36,343 bases of DNA from Gammaproteobacteria bacterium (lineage in GTDB: Bacteria > Pseudomonadota > Gammaproteobacteria > GCA-001735895). Numbering within the stretch: the stretch's first letter is position 1; every line of letters starts with the position of its first letter. The position numbers and the translations under genes are program-made. The notes beneath the pieces were generated by a model. That model made no database searches. It saw only the letters and a list, made by a program, of their open reading frames with translations, and was not told the origin of the DNA. Location of the stretch: the NCBI GenBank assembly GCA_050298595.1, contig JBNKUM010000082.1, positions 1-36,343 of the forward strand, in the 5' to 3' direction. Below are positions 21,205 through 28,394 of this stretch, one piece after another.

Positions 21205-21576
21205 ATGGAAATCATCAGCTATATCTTATTAGCCATTTTACCTTTGGCTATGGCCATGATCAGCGTCTTCTTTGTTGTGCTTTTCAGAAAGAATATGCGA
21301 CAGGGCCGCGAATTTCGCAGAAATCTAGCACAAAGTTTACAACAGTTGCGTTTGTCAAAAATGCTAACTGCTCTTGGACTGGATACCAATCTCTACCTGC
21401 ACAAGTCATCGGTACATAATATCAAGCAACACATGTCCAAATGTGAGAACTGTTCTACCACTGGCGCCTGTGACGAAAAACTATCTCAGCCAACCTTTCA
21501 ACATGCTGAATTAGAGTTTTGCCCCATCCAGGAAGGCCTTGTTGAGTTTTCAACCACTACTAGTAAAGCGGCTTAG
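21205..21576 (+). CDS. Membrane-anchored protein with a Cys4 C-terminal domain (DUF6455-like)
   Basis: N-terminal TM segment; MLTALGLD...CENC..C...FCP pattern; SD GGGGGA. Confidence 0.6.
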   Translation: MEIISYILLAILPLAMAMISVFFVVLFRKNMRQGREFRRNLAQSLQQLRLSKMLTALGLDTNLYLHKSSVHNIKQHMSKCENCSTTGACDEKLSQPTFQHAELEFCPIQEGLVEFSTTTSKAA

Positions 21577-21609
21577 TAACGCTACTCAAACCACCTTTTT
21601 AATACCTCT

Positions 21610-21638
21610 ATCTAAAGCCTGACGAACGGGCTTTAGAT
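21610..21638 (+). terminator. Stem-loop downstream of the DUF6455-like gene
   Basis: ATCTAAAGCC-N9-GGCTTTAGAT 10-bp stem; weak U-tract. Confidence 0.4.
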
Positions 21639-21682
21639 TTGCTATGATTCTGACAAGGTCACTATCTGGAAAAATCATAGTC

Positions 21683-22123
21683 ATGCAAGCATCTCTCAGG
21701 CCCGGCCTCAAATACACCCACTCATTTGTGATCCCTGTTTCTAAAACTGTACCTTCGCTTTATCCCGAATCCGATGAATTCATTCAAATGCCAGAGGTTT
21801 TCGCCACAGGTTTTCTGGTTGGATTTCTTGAGTGGACCTGCATTATGTGCATCAACCCTCACCTTGACTGGCCAAATGAGCAAACCGTTGGCACCCATAT
21901 CGATGTCACTCACGAGGCAGCAACACCTCCCGGATTTGAGGTGTCTGCCTCAGTCGAACTGGTTGAGGTTGATGGACGCAAACTGGTATTTGAAGTTGAA
22001 GCGCATGATGGTGTTGATCTTATATCCCGTGGCCGCCACGAACGTTTTATTATCAACAAAGAGAAGTTCGAAAAACAACTGAACAAAAAGCAACACAGCC
22101 ATCTTAATGACGTAATGATTTAA
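21683..22123 (+). CDS. Hot-dog thioesterase, fluoroacetyl-CoA thioesterase (FlK)-like
   Basis: VFATGFLVGFLE, TVGTHIDVTHEAATPPG and GRHERFII (Thr/Glu/His triad); start at 21683 or 21644. Confidence 0.85.
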   Translation: MQASLRPGLKYTHSFVIPVSKTVPSLYPESDEFIQMPEVFATGFLVGFLEWTCIMCINPHLDWPNEQTVGTHIDVTHEAATPPGFEVSASVELVEVDGRKLVFEVEAHDGVDLISRGRHERFIINKEKFEKQLNKKQHSHLNDVMI

Positions 22124-22303
22124 TTTATTAACGGACTAAAATATAGAATGAGATGGGAAAGAATTTATGGTGATAATGTGTTTTACTTTTATCATTGCTC
22201 CCAGCGCTAAGATGATCTTCGTTGATTAATCTGTAATTACACAAGGAAGCACTGAGCAAATATTATAGCGGACTAAGAACAATGCTTAATAGAGGATAAA
22301 GTT

Positions 22304-22663
22304 ATGTCAGAAACATATCAGGGTAGCTGCCATTGTGGCGCTGTTAAGTTTTCCTATACTGGAGATAAAATACAAAAAGGCATCCGCTGCAATTGCTCTA
22401 TCTGTTCACGTAAGGGGGCTTTGATGTCAACCGAAGTCATTCCTATCGAACATCTTAAAATTGAAGCACAGGAAGGATCTTTAGGTTTGTATCAATTTGG
22501 CGACAGGACTGCCAAACATTTTTTCTGTAAGACCTGCGGAATTTATCCCTTTCATGAAACTGCCCGAGCTCCTGGTCATTATCGAGTCAACCTGGGCTGC
22601 ATTGATGGCATTGATACCTTCTCTATGGAATTCGATGTTTTTGACGGAAAAAATTTGCTATAG
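22304..22663 (+). CDS. GFA/CENP-V family Zn-binding protein
   Basis: GSCHCGAV, CNCSICSRKG, HFFCKTCGIYPFH; SD GAGGA. Confidence 0.92.
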   Translation: MSETYQGSCHCGAVKFSYTGDKIQKGIRCNCSICSRKGALMSTEVIPIEHLKIEAQEGSLGLYQFGDRTAKHFFCKTCGIYPFHETARAPGHYRVNLGCIDGIDTFSMEFDVFDGKNLL

Positions 22664-22737
22664 CTCACTGGGCACGCTGCTTTTCAATCTAAAATATTCC
22701 ACGAATGATTAAGGCACATTTAGCTGGATAACCTTTC

Positions 22738-23454
22738 ATGCATATAATTTCTCTTAGCGACCTGCTGCTTGGGTTTATACCTGTCCTGATCACTCTAACC
22801 ATTATCTTTAAATGGTCTTTATCATTAAAAAAAGCCCTCTATTCAGTAGCCCGCATGCTATTGCAGCTCATGCTTATCGGTTACGCGTTAAGTTTTATTT
22901 TCAGCAGCAATAGTGCCTATCTGGTCATCCTTGTGCTTAGTTTGATGTTATTTGCCGCCAGCTGGATTGCTCTTAGCTCGCTCAACCAATCTACCAGTCA
23001 GCTTTTTTTATATAGTCTTGTGTCTATCTCGGCTGGTGGAATTTTCACATTATTTATTACCACGCAGGGGGTTTTACACCTCAATCCCTGGCATGACCCC
23101 AAGGTCATTATCCCGATAGCGGGGATGATCTTCTCAAATTCAATGAATACCATAAGCATCGCTGCGGAACGTTTTTATAGTGAACAAAAACACAAATCAG
23201 ATTATTGCCATTGTCGCGATACGGCCTATCAGGCTGCACTCATTCCGGTATTAAATTCTTTGCTGGCGGTGGGGTTGGTATCCCTACCAGGGATGATGAC
23301 GGGGCAAATTCTGTCAGGAGTTTCGCCTTTGATAGCCGCGCGCTATCAGATCATGGTAATGCTGATGATTATGGGATCAAGTGGGATATCTGCCGCCCTA
23401 TTCCTGACACTGATCAAGCAGAAATTTAGTTCAGAGGAGAATCAGCAGTCCTGA
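22738..23454 (+). CDS. UPF0014 (YbbM/FetB-type) ABC transporter permease
   Basis: RMLLQLMLIGY, IPIAGMIFSNSMN, VGLVSLPGMMTGQILSGVSPLIAARYQI. Confidence 0.88.
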   Translation: MHIISLSDLLLGFIPVLITLTIIFKWSLSLKKALYSVARMLLQLMLIGYALSFIFSSNSAYLVILVLSLMLFAASWIALSSLNQSTSQLFLYSLVSISAGGIFTLFITTQGVLHLNPWHDPKVIIPIAGMIFSNSMNTISIAAERFYSEQKHKSDYCHCRDTAYQAALIPVLNSLLAVGLVSLPGMMTGQILSGVSPLIAARYQIMVMLMIMGSSGISAALFLTLIKQKFSSEENQQS

Positions 23455-23478
23455 GCTATGACTCAGAACTGCCCTTAA

Positions 23479-25392
23479 CTATTCCTGAGCCTGTTTTTTT
23501 CTCAGGGCAACGGCAGGTCTTTTTCCTTTACGTTTACCATGCTTGGCCCTGGCTTTTGCAGCACCTGGCGCACGATCAGAGGATTTACGACTTGAGGGCT
23601 TACTGGACCTGCGAGGAGTTTCATGTCCACCATCAGTTTTTTTAGCAGCAGTTTTTTCACCACCCTCTTTATAGGCCTGGATATTTAAAGGTCGACCTGA
23701 TACACGAGCTTTTTTGAGGATTTTGAATACTTCGCCGGGCATACCATCGGGTAAATCGATCAGAGTGAAATCTTCGTAGATATCGATATTGCCAATATAG
23801 CAGCTATCCATTTCCGCTTCGTTCGCAATAGCACCGACGATATTGCCTGGCTTTGCATCATTTTGATAACCGACATCCAGTCGATAACGTCGCATTTCAA
23901 TTTCCGGGAAATCTTTAAGAGGACGGGCATGTGCTACGATTTCTTTTGGCAGACGCCTTTCATCATCGCCAGACTCACGTTTTCCTGCGAAACGGCTTTC
24001 ACGACTGCTGTTTCTTTCGCGTCCACGCCCTTCCCCGCTGGATCTTTCCTCGCGTCGACTACGCTCTGATCGATCACTTAACAGTAGCGGCTCATCACCC
24101 TGTACCATTTTCACCAGAGCTGCTCCGATCACTAACGGATCAATGTCGTTATCCTGTGCAAAAGAGCTCACCAGTTCGTGGCATACTGACAGATCCGAAG
24201 CATCGATGGTTTCCTGAATACGATTCTTAAATTTTTGAATACGCTGAAGATTCACATCCTCAGTACTCGGCAGCTTAAGTGGCTTAATTTTTTGCTGCGT
24301 CATCTTTTCGATACTGCCTAACAGACGACGTTCTTTGTTAGTTACAAATAGTATCGCTTCACCGCTACGGCCTGCGCGTCCTGTTCTACCAATTCGATGC
24401 ACATAAGACTCGGCGTCGTATGGAATATCATAGTTGATGACAAGGCTAATGCGGTCAACATCCAGACCACGAGCAGCTACATCGGTAGCGATGACGATAT
24501 CGATTTTTGCTTTCTTTAATCTATCGACCGTACGTTCACGCATTTTTTGCGCAATATCACCGTTTAATGCTTCACTGGCGAATCCACGTGCTTCCAGTTT
24601 TTCAGCCAGCTCTACCGTTGAGTTTTTGGTACGCACAAAGATAAGTACTGCTTCAAAGTCTGTACTTTCCAGAATTCTGGTCAGGGCATCGAGTTTGGCA
24701 CGATTATTTACCTCAACATAGTGCTGGGTAATGGTTTTAGCTGTCTGGGTTTTATCCTTGATTTTTACCAGTGCAGGATCTTTCAGATATTTGTTCGCTA
24801 CTTTCTGAATCACTGCAGGCATGGTTGCAGAAAATAACGCTACCTGTTTCTTTTCAGGGGTTTTTGCCAGAATCCATTCCACATCATCGATAAAACCCAT
24901 ACGCAGCATTTCATCTGCTTCATCCAGTACCATCGCCTGCAGGCTATCAAGCTTGAGAGTATTACGGTTGATATGATCCATCACTCGGCCTGGAGTACCT
25001 ACCACAACATGAACACCACGCTTTAACTGGCGTAACTGTATATCGTAGGACTGACCACCATAGATAGGCAATACATGAAAACCCTTGATATCGGAAGCAT
25101 ATGCCTGAAAAGCTTCAGCAACCTGGATAGCCAGTTCGCGCGTAGGTGCCAGCACCAGTATCTGGGGATTCATCAACGACACATCTACCTGACTAAGCAG
25201 AGGCAATGCAAATGCAGCGGTTTTACCGGTTCCCGTTTGTGCCTGCCCGATAATATCTCGACCCTCTAACAGCAGAGGTATGCACTCTGCCTGGATGGGT
25301 GATGGGGTTTCATAACCCTGTCGTGAAATTGCTTTTAAAACGGTTGCAGGGAGGTTTAAATCCGCAAAGGAGAGGGTGCTAAGTTCGGTCAT
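23479..25392 (-). CDS. deaD: DEAD-box RNA helicase DeaD/CsdA
   Basis: Q motif, AQTGTGKT, PTRELA, DEADEML, SAT, HRIGRTGRAG, DbpA-type RBD (KPGNIVGAIANE) and a basic tail; start taken at ATG 25392. Confidence 0.93.
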   Translation of the reverse strand: MTELSTLSFADLNLPATVLKAISRQGYETPSPIQAECIPLLLEGRDIIGQAQTGTGKTAAFALPLLSQVDVSLMNPQILVLAPTRELAIQVAEAFQAYASDIKGFHVLPIYGGQSYDIQLRQLKRGVHVVVGTPGRVMDHINRNTLKLDSLQAMVLDEADEMLRMGFIDDVEWILAKTPEKKQVALFSATMPAVIQKVANKYLKDPALVKIKDKTQTAKTITQHYVEVNNRAKLDALTRILESTDFEAVLIFVRTKNSTVELAEKLEARGFASEALNGDIAQKMRERTVDRLKKAKIDIVIATDVAARGLDVDRISLVINYDIPYDAESYVHRIGRTGRAGRSGEAILFVTNKERRLLGSIEKMTQQKIKPLKLPSTEDVNLQRIQKFKNRIQETIDASDLSVCHELVSSFAQDNDIDPLVIGAALVKMVQGDEPLLLSDRSERSRREERSSGEGRGRERNSSRESRFAGKRESGDDERRLPKEIVAHARPLKDFPEIEMRRYRLDVGYQNDAKPGNIVGAIANEAEMDSCYIGNIDIYEDFTLIDLPDGMPGEVFKILKKARVSGRPLNIQAYKEGGEKTAAKKTDGGHETPRRSSKPSSRKSSDRAPGAAKARAKHGKRKGKRPAVALRKKQAQE

Positions 25393-25505
25393 CAGGAGGT
25401 ACTGTAAAGAATGGTTGCGGAGTATAGCAGAGTTCGTCAATTACTGCCCTATATTACTGATAAATACCTATTATTACGGTATACATGCTAGTTAAGCTTT
25501 TAGAT

Positions 25506-25533
25506 AAAAAACGGCCAGTATTTAACTGGCCGT
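25506..25533 (-). terminator. Rho-independent terminator upstream of deaD
   Basis: Minus strand ACGGCCAGT-taaat-ACTGGCCGT followed by a T-run. Confidence 0.8.
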
Positions 25534-25685
25534 GAATTTGTCAGCTGAATGATATTAATCACTCTACATAACCAAAGGAGAACATACATGAAAAGGAAAC
25601 ATCTGAAGAAGCTCTCTGCAAACCAGCTGACGGATTGCATACCCACTAAACGTTAAACTTCGTTTCATTAGTTAGCCTTTACACT
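25506..25685 (-). ncRNA. Candidate sRNA or sORF-containing transcript
   Basis: Candidate -10 TAAGAT at 25688-25693; GTCAGCTG/CAGCTGAC closing stem (25540-47 and 25624-31); CU-rich motifs; intrinsic terminator. Confidence 0.4.
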
Positions 25686-25787
25686 ACATCTTATAGCGTA
25701 ATAACTGTTTGTTGCCCGTAATAACCTCTAAATGCGCAATAAAAGCGATAAACGGTTTTTTAAATTCAGGGTAAAATCAGTGTTAAT

Positions 25788-26132
25788 TTAATTCATTTTA
25801 AAATCTGCCAGGGATACAGAAACCTCGGGTGAAACGGTTTGTGCAGCAAGCTCCATCGTTATCGTTTCTTTTAAATCCAGTTCCTGTTGCTGGATTAAAG
25901 GCAGTAGCTCCTCACAAATCTGCATGATCAGCAACAACCCCTGCCGGTTCGAATCTTTATCTGGCAGGGCTTCAGCATTCTGGAATAACTGCTGAATATA
26001 TTTTTTCATATCCGCGGCCTGTTGCTCCGCAGTCAGCTTTTGATATTGTTCAGTAAAGTCTATTTCAAGCGTCCGTTTGTTTTGAATATCATCATCCAGA
26101 ACACTTACAATCAGTGGGCCTTCTATTTTCAT
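25788..26132 (-). CDS. Hypothetical protein (acidic, probably helical)
   Basis: 114-aa ORF translationally coupled (4-nt overlap) to the upstream hydrolase; no recognisable catalytic motif. Confidence 0.7.
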   Translation of the reverse strand: MKIEGPLIVSVLDDDIQNKRTLEIDFTEQYQKLTAEQQAADMKKYIQQLFQNAEALPDKDSNRQGLLLIMQICEELLPLIQQQELDLKETITMELAAQTVSPEVSVSLADFKMN

Positions 26133-26944
26133 AATCTTTTTATCACTTTTTCTTCAATCAAATCCAGTATCAAACGGCCGTCAGCAACATTCAGGTTATG
26201 CGATGCTGGCACGATATAACTATAAGCGCGATTACGTAGATCATATACATGCTCGAGATACTGACTATTTTGCTCGACTACCAGGTCGCCTGTGTTTTCA
26301 GTGCTTTGGTCACGCACGATGGAGATGTATTCAGCCTCTGGATGCACCTGCCGATTTAACCAATATAAAAAACGCCCTGGTTTTTCCGGTAATAAATCCT
26401 GATACAGGCCCTGTGAGCGATTGATGGTTCCTGCCCCTATTAGCGGAGTAAACAGAGCCATCGGACTATCACCCAGCAGTTTACCAAGCTCTGCACTTTC
26501 GCTACCCAGATGCGGGCTGGCAATGCTGATCAACTGGCTGATGTTTAAATCGGGAGCCTGAACCATGACGTATCGCGCCAGTACACCACCTGCTGAATGT
26601 CCTACCAGAATTAATACTTCATCTGGAAATCGTTTTCGCAAATGTCGTAGATAGGCTTTAAGATAATACGCCTGGATATGCAGAGAAGACTCTGTAGGTA
26701 GTGATACCAGATAGAATGCATTGTCTTGTGCGGCGACAGCTACTGAATGATATAAGCGGGCGCCATCACTGGCCAAAGCGTAATCGCCCGCAAAACGCCA
26801 TTTATTTTTTTCCAACAGCTGAAAAATACCGGATTCTGTCCAGCTTGCTGAAGTACTTAAATAGCCTTGAATCAACACCATTTGTTTGGCGTGAGCGCTA
26901 TAACTCAGGCTGAGCAAAACAAAAAGTATCAATCCTCGAAGCAT
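26129..26944 (-). CDS. Secreted alpha/beta hydrolase (lipase/PGAP1-like)
   Basis: Signal peptide (SAHA), LVGHSAGG nucleophile elbow, SIASPHLGS, GDLVV, C-terminal His. Confidence 0.85.
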   Translation of the reverse strand: MLRGLILFVLLSLSYSAHAKQMVLIQGYLSTSASWTESGIFQLLEKNKWRFAGDYALASDGARLYHSVAVAAQDNAFYLVSLPTESSLHIQAYYLKAYLRHLRKRFPDEVLILVGHSAGGVLARYVMVQAPDLNISQLISIASPHLGSESAELGKLLGDSPMALFTPLIGAGTINRSQGLYQDLLPEKPGRFLYWLNRQVHPEAEYISIVRDQSTENTGDLVVEQNSQYLEHVYDLRNRAYSYIVPASHNLNVADGRLILDLIEEKVIKRL

Positions 26945-26946
26945 GT

Positions 26947-27432
26947 TTAGTGCAGAGAAGGCATTGTAGGACGACCAGTTTCAATTTCTTTCGCACTGGC
27001 ATCACGGATGTCGTGTATCACTACCTTGAATGTCAGGTTTTTACCTACCAGAGGATTGTTTCCATCGATAGTTAACATACCGTCCTCTATTTTGGTGACA
27101 GTGAAGGATTTTACTTCACCGCTTTCATTCTGAAATTCCACCTCGGCACCAATCTGATGAAACTGAGGTGGTACATTTTCCAGTGAATCAGAAAAAATCA
27201 GCTGCGGATCAGGGGCACCAAAGGTCTTTTCTGGTGGCAGTGTAACCTCTATTTCATCACCAATCGATGCGCCTTCCATTGCCTTTTCAACCTCATCAAA
27301 CATGCGTTGCTCTCCACCATGGACATAACCCATTGGAATCTCCACCTGCTCTAGCACATCACCTCGATCAGAGTCGACGATGGTATAGCTGAACATGACG
27401 TGCTTATTTTTCTGTACGGTCTGACTGGACAT
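26947..27432 (-). CDS. FKBP-type peptidyl-prolyl isomerase, SlyD-like
   Basis: YVHGG, VTLPPEKTFG, TIDGNNPLVGKNLTFKV and IRDASAKEI; no His-rich tail. Confidence 0.88.
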   Translation of the reverse strand: MSSQTVQKNKHVMFSYTIVDSDRGDVLEQVEIPMGYVHGGEQRMFDEVEKAMEGASIGDEIEVTLPPEKTFGAPDPQLIFSDSLENVPPQFHQIGAEVEFQNESGEVKSFTVTKIEDGMLTIDGNNPLVGKNLTFKVVIHDIRDASAKEIETGRPTMPSLH

Positions 27433-27515
27433 TACAATTCTCCGAAAATAGGGTTATTGTAACAGATGATAAAAGTTGGGATTTATATCCTGTTTGGGGC
27501 AGAGGGGTGTGGCTT

Positions 27516-27534
27516 AGGGCCTGTTAACACGTGT
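27516..27534. mobile_element. Second copy of the AGGGCCTGTTAACAC MITE-like end
   Basis: AGGGCCTGTTAACACGTGT is identical over 19 bp to the reverse complement of 9175-9193. Confidence 0.55.
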
Positions 27535-27592
27535 TGATTGTCTCTGTTGTGGCTTAAAGTGTGGTAATTAATTGCACTGCTATTCGTCACCA

Positions 27593-27641
27593 GTCCCTCT
27601 CGGCCTTCCCTGGCCTACGGGACATAAGGCCATCCATGGCC
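27593..27641. repeat. Two GGCC-N6-GGCC REP-like hairpins
   Basis: GTCCC..GGCCTTCCCTGGCC..GGGAC and GGCCATCCATGGCC. Confidence 0.4.
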
Positions 27642-27668
27642 AAAAAAAAAGACGGGCAAAAGCCCGTC
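27642..27668 (-). terminator. Rho-independent terminator of the sulfur-globule-protein transcript
   Basis: Minus strand GACGGGC-TTTT-GCCCGTC-T9. Confidence 0.9.
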
Positions 27669-27792
27669 AAAATAATCACCAAGAGGATAACACTGGTTAG
27701 TAAACTAACCCAGACCGTTTCCAGGGAAGGATAGGAAACGACCTGAGTTAGCTCCCTGAAGAGTCGCACTCTTCAGGAAACCATTTGCTAAA

Positions 27793-28251
27793 TTACTTAG
27801 TTGCTTCAACAGCTTCTGGTGCTACAGCTACAGGAGCTTGTACTACTGGCGCATAACCGAAGTAGGGGTTGCTGCCATAACCATTGTTGTTTCTAAACTG
27901 GCTGTTGCCATAACCGTTACCATTTCCTGCGTAGTAACCATTACCATAGCCGTTACCAGTAAAATCTGAATTTCCATCCATTTCAGAATCCATATTGCCT
28001 TTAGCACGAGCTTTAAAGCTCATTGAGAAATCCATCTCGCCATCGCCATTACCACGACCGCGTCCACGACCTGCACCACGACCATTCGCATCACCACGAT
28101 AATCACCAGTTCCATTACCGTAAGAATTTCCGTAATAGTTACCGTAACCATTGTTATTACTATTATTGTTATTGCCGAAGAAAGGCATGTCGAATGCTTG
28201 AACCGAAGTGGTAGCTAAAATGATTGCTGCTGCAGTTATTACTTTTTTCAT
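27793..28251 (-). CDS. Sulfur globule envelope protein (SgpA/SgpB-like)
   Basis: Sec signal peptide (SVQA/F); Gly/Asn/Tyr-rich low-complexity body; central GDGEMDFSMSF motif resembling the GDFxMxMS core of Sgp proteins; GRGRGRG, GYG repeats and a YAP..APVA tail. Confidence 0.72.
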   Translation of the reverse strand: MKKVITAAAIILATTSVQAFDMPFFGNNNNSNNNGYGNYYGNSYGNGTGDYRGDANGRGAGRGRGRGNGDGEMDFSMSFKARAKGNMDSEMDGNSDFTGNGYGNGYYAGNGNGYGNSQFRNNNGYGSNPYFGYAPVVQAPVAVAPEAVEATK

Positions 28252-28305
28252 ATTGGATTCCCAAAAAATTTTATTAATGTTTTCGTGTTACTTGATGCAG
28301 CAAAC

Positions 28306-28361
28306 TATATTAGCATTTGCTTATATAAGCAAGCATTAATTTATTAGTGCCTGCTAATATA
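28306..28361. promoter_or_regulatory. Tandem ATTAG-N6-CTAAT-type palindromic operators upstream of the sgp-like gene
   Basis: TATATTAG-catttg-CTTATATA (28306-27), ATAAG-caagca-TTAAT (28325-40) and TTTATTAG-tgcctg-CTAATATA (28340-61). Confidence 0.55.
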
Positions 28362-28394
28362 TTGAAGTGCCGATTTGAACAGGAGAGTTTTTAA

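Noticed and set aside
26947-27432. SlyD lacking the His-rich tail as a novelty
   Set aside because: Tail-less SlyD/SlpA-type FKBPs are common.
27587-27769. 60-aa minus-strand ORF after the sgp-like gene
   Set aside because: Runs through the hairpins and the intrinsic terminator; better explained as structured RNA.
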